Shown piece by piece: positions 50,888 to 63,895 of a DNA stretch of 64,000 bases. The position numbers and the translations under genes were made by a program. The notes under the pieces were generated by a model. The model searched no databases and was not told where the DNA came from. It saw nothing but the letters and a program-made list of their open reading frames with translations. Source of the stretch: Haliotis rufescens (taxonomy: Eukaryota). The stretch spans positions 2,914,001 through 2,978,000 of the forward strand of contig NW_025963891.1 of the NCBI RefSeq assembly GCF_023055435.1, given 5' to 3'. The first letter of the stretch is position 1. Every line of letters begins with the position of its first letter.

Positions 50888-51168
50888 GTGAGTGAGTGAG
50901 TTGGGTTTAACGCCGCTTTTAACAGTATTCCAGTTATATCGCGGAGTGTCAGCTTAATGTGGGAGGAAAGCCCGAAGTGATGCAGGTCTCAGACGTTTAC
51001 CACTTCGGTGAAACCCACGAGCACGGGTATGGTGCTGACAAACCTAGAAACATAATCGGGGCGAACCGGGATTCGAACCCACAATCATAGGTTTGTGGCG
51101 TGCCCAAGGGACGCAACTCTGCACAGCGAATTGCGGCGCCTTAGACGACTGGGCCACCCGTGCCCCCC
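50888..51168 (-). mobile_element. SINE family C, full length
   Basis: TSD tcattatttga; A and B boxes; (ctca)n tail. Confidence 0.92.
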
Positions 51169-51554
51169 TCATTATTTGAATGCACCTAAGCCATATCATA
51201 CATATACTACACAATGACTTGCAGGTGCCATGGAGAAATGGATCTGTGTTGGAAACTTACAGGTGTCGTTTAATTAAATGTTATGTAACCTTTCATTACT
51301 ATAACCACCAGGCTACCCGACCGCCCCTTGTCATACCATGAACATGTGGCTGAAATGTATAGGCTCCCGGATTATATGCATTGTATAGATTCTGCGGAAC
51401 ATAAGAAAGATTGGGAAGAATCCATTCCATTGAACAAGGGACAATGGTGGAGTGTAGATACTGCAAATTCATTATTTAATAACCTCATCTCTAATTCCTT
51501 GATCTAAACCTTCTAGATACGCCTGGTTTATGTACAAGATTTAGCGAAATTAGT

Positions 51555-51722
51555 TACCCAATGCTTGTTGTAAGAGGCGACGCATGGGATCGGGTGGTCA
51601 GGCTTTCCGACGCGGTTGATGCATCGAAGTTCATGATGTCAATCACAGAATTGTGTGGTCAATACTCGATTGTGCCGTCAAATAGCTAGACTCTTGCTGG
51701 GTGCGGCGTTAAACAACAAACA
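51555..51722 (+). mobile_element. SINE family A, partial
   Basis: atgcttgttgtaagaggcgac..gggatcgggtggtcagg..gtgcggcgttaaacaacaaac. Confidence 0.8.
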
Positions 51723-54700
51723 AGCATAATGAACAGATTCTCATCGTCATTCGCAATTCAAAAACAAAACGTATGATATGCTATCCGAACTGCGGTTGAT
51801 AACTGTTTAACACTATGTTCAACAAACAATCACGTGTTTAAGTCTTTAATCAGAGGATAAGAAAAACTACAATGAATTCTCAATTTTGTTTGAGGTTGAA
51901 ATGAATAAGACACCTACATTTCATTTAAATAAAACAACACATCACATTTTAAACTCTATCACATAACTAATGCAAACTTGGACAAGCATGAGAAGCATGA
52001 AGCAAATTTTAAGGTTTTGCGAATTCAAAGAAACAAAACGTAAATTGACTCTTCCCGTAATGACATTTTGAATTAACAAAATGTGTTACATTTAGAAGAG
52101 ATCACGATCAATAAACTCAAAACTATATGTGTGCACCATTGAATGTGATAATTTTAGGTTCTCGGTGTTTTTTCGTTTAAAAAAATACCTCTCGAAAGAA
52201 AAATGGCGTCTTCAAAACGCGAAGAACAATGTATGCGACACTAACCCTGGGAGGAACACCTCCGTGGTAATGCAAATTGTTTTCGTTGCCAGGCCTCTGC
52301 TGTTCTACAATGAACATAACCAAGGCACCAAGTCCTTTGCTTGCCGCAGACCAACACAACATCTACCCTCCCCGGACGGGACACAACCCCCAAAAGCACG
52401 AACATTTGTGCTCTACTAAGAAAGTGTTTTCCAAATATAACATGAGTCATAATCATACTTAGTCCTTGAGAACAACATTTTTTTGTCTTTTAATTTTGCT
52501 TGTGTCGAATTAACTTATAAAAAATCGTCAATTAGATTAATAGGGGAAGAGTTTATTAGTGTTTCTAAAATTTCCTTTTGATTTTGTATAGTAACGTTTT
52601 GGACGAAAAACCCTTAAACCATGTATTTAAAAAGTTCTAACGTTCAATATTTAAGCGAGTGTATCTCTTCCTCTAAATTCTGTGCACTGCTCTAAACTCC
52701 ACTTAAGATAACACTTAAGTTCATTTTGCTATGGTATGTCGACAGGTAGGTGAATGGTTGGTTAACGCACACACATAAAACATAAAATATATTTTCCTAA
52801 TGACAGAAACGGAATACGTCTCCATGTTACCAGTCTGATAACTCTTCTTCAGAAAGGATAAAAACTTCTGGATACATTTGTTGCTCTGTCGGGAACATGG
52901 ATTACCTCCCCTTCACGTAGTTGAACAGCGGCATCTTGTTATGATAATTGAATAAGATCGTATCACCCTTGAGGTACAGGCAGGGAGACACTTAACCATA
53001 ACTTCGAAAGTGAAAATAAATACTGCCATGAATACATGTCATGTCGGTCAAATATTAATTTTGATGCTTATTAATCCGTGTTTATTGAACAAATAATAAC
53101 AAATATGGAAGGAAATGCATCTAGCTGTGTAAATATTATATATATTAGCACCTACAGACTTCGTTATTGAATATCAACTCGGGAAAAAACACACGGGAAC
53201 ATATTGTCACTTTGGAACATAATTAACACAGTACTCTCTCACTGGTTTTCCTGGTCGTGATTCGATTATTTACAAAGGTGATATTGCTTGAATATTACTG
53301 ACGTTAAACAACATTACTCATGCACACGCTGCTAAATATCACATATCGACATAGATGACGTTAACAGTAAAGCAGCGAAATATCAATGATACATTTACCA
53401 GAAGTGGACATAAAGACACAAATGAACGCCGTCAATGTCAGACCTTGATCTATGCATGGAAAAAGAAGAAAGTGAACAATGGGGATAAAGATTTATGAGA
53501 ATACAAGATGACTGTCTCTTTCAATTAGTTTTTTTCATCTTGACGTCAAGCATACTCTGTGTCCTAGCATTTATTGTGCATTAAATTATCGAGGTACTTG
53601 AGAACAAATTCGGTTAATGCTGACGAAAGGAAACGTCGCATGGTGCTGGTTAGATCAGTAGTTTATCAATACTTCAACATTGTTGGACTAAAGGTTCCAA
53701 ATCTTTTATGGTGAACACTTTAAGACAATTGCAATCTGCACATTCAACTATGAAAAATGTGATGGTGTGCGTCATAACCTGCTTCTACCTTTCGAAGAAG
53801 CAGCTCTTTCAAATAGAGTGACATTAAAGGAATATTTATAGAAACATGTGGGTTTATCTACAATTAAGTCCTATGCTCATTCTACCTAAAGCATTCCTAA
53901 GTAAGTTGGTGGTTCTGAGCACAGACACCTTACAGTTTACACTTACTGACATTGCCGCCATCGTGATATCAATTGAGATAATATAATCTTTGGGTGAAGT
54001 GTATCGTGGCCTTTACCTTCGCTCACGTCAGGTGCTATCAGTAGGGGAAGGCACTCTAACCAGTTTCGCGATCACCCAGTGTTTTTGACAACACTTTGTG
54101 AGCGTACGTTCTTGCAATGGGACTTTAGGAATGCCCCCACTTAAGAATGATTGTTAGTATACATATGTAAAATAGTAGGCCTGCAGAGCAAATCAATTTT
54201 TTCGAATCATTTTCCGGCATCTCTCAATCCCGTCACACAGAATTTTCAAACCTTCAGCCTCTTGAAAGTAACACCACAGTATATATTGTTGTTGATGACA
54301 TGAGGATACTAAGAGTCTCTCATTACTGTGCTAGGTTTTTCTGCTGAAGAGACTGTTTCTTCTCTCGAACTATCGCCCGCTCGGCACCCGTTTCGTAAAA
54401 TCAGTTTGAGACGCACACTGCAATAGGTTAGTTTTGATTTCTTCATGAGGTTCTTTCTGATGGGTGAAGTCAGTGTTAAAAATACAACGTCGGGAAGGAT
54501 AAAATGAAACTATAAAATGTTCAAAAAGTGATCAAAATAAAACATAACAACGTTAGAACTACATCAAATCTTAATCAGCTTCTTTGGTTCCCTGCAAGAT
54601 TTCACGAAAGACAAAATGTTGGTTTCAGTTGGTTTCCATGCTTGACACAAGACTAGTAGTTTCGTGTAAGTTTAGGGATACATACTGTATAATCTTTACC

Positions 54701-55205
54701 ATCAAATTGCCTTTAGGTTTCAGACAAAGTGGGAACCAATCCTTTTCCTCTGTGGATCATGCACCTTGCTGTGAGATACAAGAATACCAACATCCCGACA
54801 CATTCAACATTATCAATTGGATCTAAACAAATAATTGCATAAACACGAGCTTTTCAAGTAATAATTAATTGTTTATAAAACCAATACAATTTGTCATTTT
54901 CTTGAATACACGCTGGTATACCCACATTGACTTCAAGATTCCCACTTTTCAATCGTACAAACACTCGCACACATCTTGCAAATGTTATCCACAATGTGTT
55001 TGCACAGCAGTTGGAAAGGCTTCATTTTAAGTTAGCTATCTTGACAGGCAATAACTTAATCGCACGTTTTATCAAAAAGTTTTGTTGACTTTGGTAGCTG
55101 TATTCGTATGCAAACCGTTGATGTCTGCAAAAACCCTGATAATGCATGATCGTCATCCACGGTGTAGGGTTAAAATAACGCCACAGAGATGTTCCATTAT
55201 TTTAT

Positions 55206-55206
<1 letters not shown>

Positions 55207-55274
<68 letters not shown>
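55207..55274. repeat. (GT)n microsatellite
   Basis: Direct inspection; only a short gt run at the matching site in copy 1 (about 48566). Confidence 0.97.
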
Positions 55275-55276
<2 letters not shown>

Positions 55277-56557
55277 CATGATAAATATAGCGTTTATCAA
55301 TACCCAGTTAAAACTGTAAGGTTTGGCATCGCTGTTAAGACATTAATTTTATAACATGGTAGGAGTCTCAGTCGTAATGTCGTAATCCAAACCATTTCGT
55401 ACTCGGAAATCTGCGTAATTTTCGTGCAAATTAGTGCCGCATTTAGCACCTAATTTACGTACGCACACAAATAATACATTAATCAAACGTTATCGTTGCC
55501 AATTATTGTAATCATACTTGGGCTACTTTTAGTAGACCGATTCAATCAGTAAATTTGGACGTATGCCTTCAATGTTTATCTCTACAAGAGAAGGCATTGG
55601 GTATTATACAAAAACGATAATGTCGAAATTTGTGCATTTTGTTATTAACGTATGCCAACTATGTAACTCAATTATGTGTGATTTTCTTTCCGTTGAGTAC
55701 CTGTCACAAAGAATAAATGAATATCAGTCTCACATTGACACCAAGCACAATAGTTTCGTATCATATATTTTCATCATCATTACTCTTTCAAATGATGCAG
55801 AGATATACTATATTTACATATTGTTGTTGTATACTGACTACTTAGAATTACCGGAATTTTGTTGTGAGCTACTGATCAGGACAGCCCGTCTTCGCTGATA
55901 TAAATATCGTTTTATCAATTTCCACCAAGAATGACTTTCCAATGCCCTTGCAAAATACATTTATTGCTTTCCAAAGAATATAAACACCTACGTAAATAAC
56001 ATTATAATTCCAAGCACTTCGGTCAGCAGCCAATGTACACATTCTGTATTCTGTAATGTACGAGATGATATTTGCCAGTCTTCCAATAAGATTTAAATAG
56101 TGACAATACGACCTAGATTGGTGTTCCTTGTAGAATGGACACACTCGTCTTGTCAAGAACATATCAGAGAGGATATGAAGTCAACTATAGAAATATTAGT
56201 CTGATTTGAAGAAGTATGTAATGGTATAAAAGATATTCAAGACATGTTTGGCCTTGCCTAAATACTAAACGGAACAAAACTTTAGCGTGGGGCTATGACA
56301 TCACTTCATAACCATCTCCAAAATGTGTTGATTCTTAACATGTTTCGATTATGAATACCTTTAGAATAGAAGGTGTTTAGGTTTGTGTTTTGTACAGTAT
56401 GCTATTACTTTGTAATTGTATCTTGACACGTTTAATCCTGTCAGTAGACAGAATGATATGTTGTCGTATAAATTTGCTGGTGCGAGAAGTTAATTATTGT
56501 GTTTTGTGAAAGGTTTGAAATATAGACTTGACATTCTCGTTTTCAATCTGGAATGAT

Positions 56558-56765
56558 TTTGTTTGTTGTTTAACGCTGCACTCAGCGAAAATTCAGCAAT
56601 ATGACGACGGTTTGTTAATAATCGAATCTGAATAAGACAATTCAGTGACATCATGAGCATCGACCTACGCAATCAAGTCAGTTAGTCTCACCACTTGATC
56701 CCGCTTGTCGCCTCTTACGACAAACATTGGTTGCTGAAGACAAATGTTAATCCTGATCTTCACGT
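56558..56765 (-). mobile_element. SINE family A, diverged
   Basis: Similar to 39239-39508. Confidence 0.8.
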
Positions 56766-57190
56766 GGTACTTGGAATGGTGCCGTGATTGCAGAAACAAT
56801 ATTGTGTGAACTTGAGGCGGAGACAAAATATTTTTTAATAATTCAATTTTGTTTATACTGATTGCAACAAAATACGTTATATTTAACCACACCAGAATTA
56901 GTCTGCATACCCATAAAGACACACATCATCAGCAATGATATGACTTTGTCATCATAAGTGAGGCATAAAAACATATGAGAGTCGAGTCTCTCGTCATACC
57001 CGCAATACCACCAAAATGATCTAACTCTAAACACGTTTAGTTCTTTAACTTCAATTGGCCCTCTTTTATATGGTCTTTATATTGTCAATATATGCGTGTT
57101 TGGATCAGAGATTAGTGGAAAATATGTTTGTGTGCATACAATGTCTAGTGTCTAGGATTTGATGTATACCGTGTAGTTATAATACTATGA

Positions 57191-57357
57191 GTGAGTGAGT
57201 GAGTGAGTTTGGTTTTACGCCGCTTTTAGCAATATTCCAGCAATATCACGGGGGACACCAGAAATTGGCTTCACACATTGTACCCATGTCGGGATTCGAA
57301 CCCGGGTCTTCGGCGTGACGAGCGAACGCTTTAACCACTAGGCTACCCGACCGCCCC
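57191..57357 (-). mobile_element. SINE family B, full length
   Basis: Reverse complement of 43811-43972; TSD tataatactatga/tataatgctatga. Confidence 0.92.
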
Positions 57358-59178
57358 TATAATGCTATGAACATATGGCTGCAGTGTATAGGCTCCCGGA
57401 TTTCATGCACTATGCAGATGCCTCAGAACATAAGATTGGACAAACCGTTGTATGACAGTAGTATAACAGAAGAATCCATTCCCTTGAAAAGGGGACAACG
57501 GTGGAGTGTTACATCATTGCTGCTCCACGTGTATTGAACAACGTGGATCCACCGATGAAGATCCACGGTTGTATTTGTTCTGGTCGTCAAGTTTCTTTTG
57601 TTTTTTTAGCAGTAGATTAGGGATATTCATACCCGTATCTCTGTTACGTATATGGAATTAGCTATACATTCACAGCAACTCAATTATAAACTATTTTCAA
57701 CAAACAATAACATGTTCAGTCTTTAATCAAAGAATAAGAAAAGCTACAATGAATGTTTTCAATGATGTCAATCACCTGCTTGTTTGGCCTAGCTTCGATT
57801 ATTTACAGACCGTCGCCAAATAGCCAGACTATTGCTGAGTGTGATGTTTAACAACAAACAAACCAACACAAACAAACAATATCTTCATGTTGGTGTTGTT
57901 GTAAGTTGACAGTGTTGAAAAGAACACATTCTAATCCTTATGCATATGGACATGTATGAATACTTACGTAATGATTTCTTATATTGTGCACAATAAAATG
58001 ATTCATGATCATACTTACAACATTTTTTATCTTTTGTTTACTTGTGTCGTATGTAACTTAATTCCGTTGTAAAACATTTATGATCTAGAGTAACAGGGGA
58101 AGGGAGTTATTGGTGTTTCTAAAATTTCCTTTTGGCTTATTACAGTAATTTTTTGGAAGAAAAATCCATAAAGTATGTATTTAAAAAGTTCTAACGTTAA
58201 ATATTTTGAGTCTATACTTTGCAGATCAAAATCGGTCTTGATCATACTTCGTCCTTTGGAATAACTTGTTTTGTCTTTTAATTTTGCTTGTGTCGAATGT
58301 AACTTAATTCCGTTGTAAATAGATTAATAGGGGAAGGGAGTTTAATGGTGTTTCTAATATGTCCTTTTGATTTTTACAGTTTCTTTTTAGAAGAAAATCC
58401 ATAAACTATGTAATTAAGAAGTTCTAACTTTCAATGATCACATGAGTGTATTTCTTTCTCTCAATTCTGCGCACTGCTCTAAACTCCACTTACACTAGAG
58501 ACAACACTTGAGTTCATTTTGTGTGGTATGTCGACATGTAGGTAAATCAATGGTTAACGCACATACACATAAAACGTAAAATACATTTGCTAATGACAGA
58601 AACGGAAAACGCATCAATGTTACCACGTAGAACACTCTTCTTCAGAAAGGATAAAAAACATCTGGATAAATTTGTTGCTCTGTCGGGAACATGGATTACC
58701 TCCTCTACAAGTAGTTGAACAGCGGCATCTTGTTATGATAATTGAATAAGATTGTATCACCCTTAAGGTACAAGCAGGGAGACACTTAACCATAACTTCG
58801 AAAGTGAAAATAAATACTGGCATGAATTCATGTCATGTCGGTCAATTATTTATTATGAAGCTTTTTTACCCGTGTTTACTGAACAAATAATGAGAAATAT
58901 GAGAGGAAATGCATCCAGCCTTGTAAATGTTATATATAGTAGCAGACTACGTAACTGAATATATACTCCACAATGGAACCAGGAACGTGATACCTGACAA
59001 GACACTGGGAACATGACATAAAGTTACGAACATACCTTCAAGTCGTTCAAAGTAGGAAACTACAATTACTCCTGAATGACACACAGATCGTTATGTTGCG
59101 GTGTTTCACATACACATATAGTTGATAACTGAGATGATAGAAAGAATGTGTTGATAATAGGTATCACTATATTTATAT

Positions 59179-62100
59179 AGAAAATCACAAGAAACTCACT
59201 CGTTGATATATTTGACAGAAACACTCGGCAAGCCTCGGAGTTTTTCCACTGGTTTCCACAACTCGTGTTCATATATTTGATATCAAAAGACACTCGGGTG
59301 AGATTTTATGTATCATTCTTCCAAACTTTTCAGTTTGTAGACAGAAATAAGCAGTGTCTGAAGTGTAAAACGTACAGCTAACAGCTTCAGTAGCAGAGCC
59401 ATTAGTGATGTCATTTCATTGTGACGTCATGTCTTTTGATATCAAATATATCAACACGAGTTGATAAAAGTGGAAACATTCCGAGGCTTGCCGAGGATTT
59501 TTGCCACTTTTATCAACGAGTGTTGATATATTTGATATCAAAAGACACTCGGGTGAGATTTTATTTATCATCCAACATCATTTTTCCAACTTTTTCAAGT
59601 TGTAGACAGTAATTAGCAGTGTCTTCAGTGTAAAAAGTACTGCTAACAGCTTCAGTAGCAGAGCCATTAGTGATGTCATTTCATTGTGACGTCATGGTAA
59701 CCAGTGACGTCACAATGGTCTGCAAAGCATTGTGATGTAATTTCATTGCAGCGATATCTACAGTGTAGATATCGCTTGATCTAATCCAAGCGATATCTCC
59801 GGTTGGAGCCAGTTTTGGATGATAAATAGAGAATACTACACGAGTCTCGTTAGATACGTTTTGAAACAACTCGTTGTAAGATCAATGGTATCTGACAGGC
59901 ACGAGTGCAGTAATCTGTTTCTTACACACCCTAAAATCGCACCTTTTTAGCATCGAATCAATGCGTTTTGTCTATTCTGATGATCGCAGTAGCGCATTAA
60001 TACATAACACCACTCTCATAAGTGACGTCATCCTATGTACTGCTTACTACTTATAAATAATATGACCCTACACAAAAAGGTTTCCGCCATATCTGAGGAT
60101 TATCACGGCGATGATGATAATGGAAACTAGACGAAAAGAAAGAACACGCTGAATGCCGAGTTAAAAGTTTACACCTCAAAGAAATAACCATATATGTACA
60201 ACAATGTTTGCTTCCGTATGACATCACTACCGGTGACCGACGTTTACGAAATGTCGTGTTCAATGACAACAGTACGCGGGATTTCCAGATGAGGATTTTC
60301 GTTACTTGAGGGATCGTATATACATAAATGTGTCACGTAAGTAATCAGAAACATTCTGACAATCTGCGTACTGTTATTAAATTTTGTTTACCATGTTTTC
60401 CAATGTAACAAAGAGAATTAGTCAGAAATACAGATAACTACCGTCGTCGTTGTGCGTGATTTAGCGTCAGTCATGGCGTCACACAGGACGGAAACTTTTA
60501 CGGTTTCTGTTGAATTAACCACATCATTGTAATGTGTATATTTGAAATTCCATAATTAGTGCAACGATACTCTTCTCAGGAATATTTTCAAACGCGTGAT
60601 CGATCCAGTGTATGCAACAATTAGACGAAAGTACCTCTAAAATGTTACACAGTGTAAAATCTGAATTTTGCTTTGTTTACATTTCAGCAAGTACAGTTTT
60701 CCGAGCAAAGTGTTCGTTTCCTCACCCAAATTATTTCGCATGATTTCATCTAGATAATTTGCATTAATGACAAAGACATGTATAGCATGTATAGCAGCTG
60801 AGTTTGAAATATACCTGATCGAATAGGCGTCTCATAACCGGCATTTTTTAAACATAATCCAATATGGCGGAACGTACACTTCGGCGTATGTATGCGTATT
60901 TTCCAAAACATTCCAAAAGGATTCTAGGCTTATCAGCGACGTTTCAGAATTATCATTAGTGATTTGATACCCGTGATCACTAATATGCATTTTTTTAATA
61001 CTTTAATTATTCAAGTAAATATCCGGTATTTAGATTTCAAAACACACAGTTAATAACGCCGTGAATTGTGATTTGGCGAGATTTACGATGTACCTAATTC
61101 TCAGAAGTCATTTTCATTAATTTTGCGTTGCCTAAAATGCCAGTAAATGATAGACAGAAGGGGGGATTTAAAACTGTGATGTGTATTAGTTTGTGTGATG
61201 TATGTTGAATTTTATTCGATTTCGAAGTGAGGGTTAAAGTGGAGGGACATATGTGTCGTTGTGGCATTCAGGGGGTTCATACTATAAAAACCCCGTTAAA
61301 GTTGACATATTAACAGATTGCGTAACTGAATAATAATAACGAACAAACTCACAGAAGAGGAGGAGTTTGTTTATTATTATTAATAATAATTACACGGTCC
61401 TGTGGTTCAACACAGACGTAGGTGAACATTCGACTGAAGAACAAGCAACTTATCAATCAGAAAGGTAGTCCGTCATCATCTGACCTCAGGTCATCACCAT
61501 GGAGTAGCCAATCACTGGCCTAGAATTCGATCTCACACATATGTTTGATACCAGTTATATCAAATGGGTTTCTCACCCACAAAATCGCTTTCCATCTCTC
61601 ACAAGCATTACCGAAACATTGCAAGTTTTTCTGGATTACGCACATTAATATTTATTAATGAAGTCACAGAGTAAGTGAAGTGTCAGTCGGACAGTGGCCA
61701 ATATAGTTCCAACTGAAATCTGTTTCTTATACAGTGGCGAAGCAACATATACGCAAAACAACAATTGCTTTTACTTGCCACCCGCGGCAATCCATCGGTC
61801 TGTCCTTTGTCAAAGAGAAGCAACTCTAACCCGAGTCTATGAGACGATGTTGACAGTCGGCCTGTCCTGTCATAACGTTACGAAGTGCAGTCATATGTTC
61901 ACACAGCGACAACACGAAACAAGGTAACAATTCAAACATATTTCGGCCAAATACAACTATTTTAATTTGTGGAAAAGGTTCCAAGCCGCAGAGGCCCACA
62001 AGCACAGATGTGGCTACTGATCCCGCTTGGCTAGGACTAGTGCCCCCTCAAAACTGTTTCGCAATTTATGTCTCCAAAGTTGCCCAAACTTGTAAAATGC

Positions 62101-62383
62101 CTTAGTTACATCACAGTCAGACACTGGTTTTCAGTATTATATTCTTTCAGACTATTCTGTTAATAAAGATATCAATTATCCCAGTAGTTTCTCCAGACTC
62201 CCGATGGTTAATTCTGACTCGATCGCCGAATGACAAGGGCGACGCCATGTTTGTTTGTAAACAGTGAAAGAGGTCCCTACTTGACCTTTGATATTTGCAT
62301 CTCTATCCGCATATGACCCCAACGGATATCGTTTTCATCCGTTGGCTTTATCCTGCAGAGAAACCTACCTATTATATGATAAA
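59179..62383. mobile_element. 3.2-kb composite insertion of palindrome-headed (Crypton-like) non-autonomous elements
   Basis: Absent from copy 1 at about 44890; palindrome 59430-59547 around ccgaggcttgccgagg; direct duplication 59265-59430 / 59520-59695; imperfect palindrome 59830-59916. Confidence 0.55.
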
Positions 62384-62639
62384 TCATAATATTATTCTTT
62401 AACGGTATCGTCAACATATAAACATATACTCTATTATTAATACTATAAGGCAATCAATCTTAGAAGAGGTCCAATCTTAGAATAGCGCACAATTAGGAGG
62501 CTGATAGGGTGGAATGGACAAGCTCTGTGCCCTTTCCCACTGCCTGTCATTGTCAGGAGTTGTTGGCAAGGCTCTGTCACTGGTTTACCTGGTCCAGATT
62601 CGATTATTGTTTGGATTGGTTTTCAATAAATACGAGCGA

Positions 62640-62830
62640 CATAACCATTTCCATATTCATGAGAAATATTTGCCAATAACAGAGTGGAGTGTACGATTCC
62701 GAGTATACAATGAGCATGCGCTTATGAATCTTGATCAAATAGTGGTCATAACAGATGTTCGCGAAAAGGTGAGCGTATCCTGCCACACCTGTGGTACGCA
62801 TCACAAACACATGCAGTCAAGTGTTAATCT
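62640..62830 (-). mobile_element. Penelope-like family 3' fragment
   Basis: Reverse complement caggatacgctcaccttttcgcgaaca..cactatttgat..catgctc matches 47925-48000. Confidence 0.7.
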
Positions 62831-63041
62831 GAAAATTAACAACACGGGAATATATGTCACGTATGGAACATATGGAACGCATTACTAAATGTCACATATT
62901 GTCATAGTTAACAGTAAAGCAGAGAAATATCAATGATACATTCACCAGAACACAAAGAAGCCAATGATTCTTGCTCATCAAATTCAGACCTTGATCTATT
63001 CATGGAAAAAGAAGAAAGTAGGGACAAAGATTCAGGACAAT

Positions 63042-63895
63042 TAGGAGATAAACATACTGTGTTTTCAATGTAGAGCTAGGTTACCTGAAGATTTAACCCC
63101 GCTAAATTGAATTTTGAACCGAACGCGCAGCGTGAGGTTTTCAAATGTTAAATTTAGCGCGGGTAACCTAGCTCTACATTGAAAACACAGTATGTTTATC
63201 TCCATTCTACCATGACTATATAAAACGCGAACTCTTTGGTGTTAGCAAATATACTGAGTGAAGCGGCATGGGTTGAGTGCAGTGTTTTGAGTGGGTTATC
63301 GATCTGAATTACGGAATCACCGAACAAAATATGGTGCTGTATATACTCAAGCAGTTTGTTTACACCGTAATACTTCACTCGAACATATGACAGGCATTGA
63401 AAGCATATAAGCACGGCAACTTGGTAAGCTAACATGAGGTGGGCATCCCTAAAGTAAACAGAGCAAGCTTTGCAAGGCTTTCGCTCTACCTCGCGCGTCA
63501 CCATTATGACGTCATAACGCTCATTGTGACGCAAAAGATATGACGTCACAGTCGTATATAGAAAAGCGCCAAAATTTCAAGCTCTCTGTTGTCTCCAAAA
63601 CGTAAATACATTCCCTTTGTTGATTTCTGTCGTGTTTTTCTGCACGAAATGTATTGCCACACATCCTTTGAATATTGTAGTAACCGCATCTGTACATTTT
63701 GTAACCTGTAATTGTAGATATAGTTATTTAAATATGCCTACCGACAATGACTGAAAATAGTACTATTCTATGAATATTATCTTCCGCGGTGATGCGGCCG
63801 TCAAACCAGCTGTTTCAATCAGAGCGGGTTTATTGTGATTTAATAGCCTCTGATTGACCAATCAGAATCGAGTAAATTCCAAATTCATGGTAGAA
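63042..63895. mobile_element. Palindrome-headed (Crypton-like) non-autonomous element
   Basis: Perfect 42-bp inverted arms 63044-63085 / 63162-63203; attctaccatg / catggtagaat inverted pair; empty site caatacgagatgac in copy 1. Confidence 0.65.

Larger units (their letters stand above)
44020..51900. repeat. Tandem segmental unit, copy 1
   Basis: Colinear with 52450-57990 and 58240-64000 (anchors tctgtcgggaacatggattacctcc and attatcgaggtacttgagaaca). Confidence 0.85.
52450..57990. repeat. Tandem segmental unit, copy 2
   Basis: Colinear with copy 1 but lacking several of its insertions. Confidence 0.85.
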
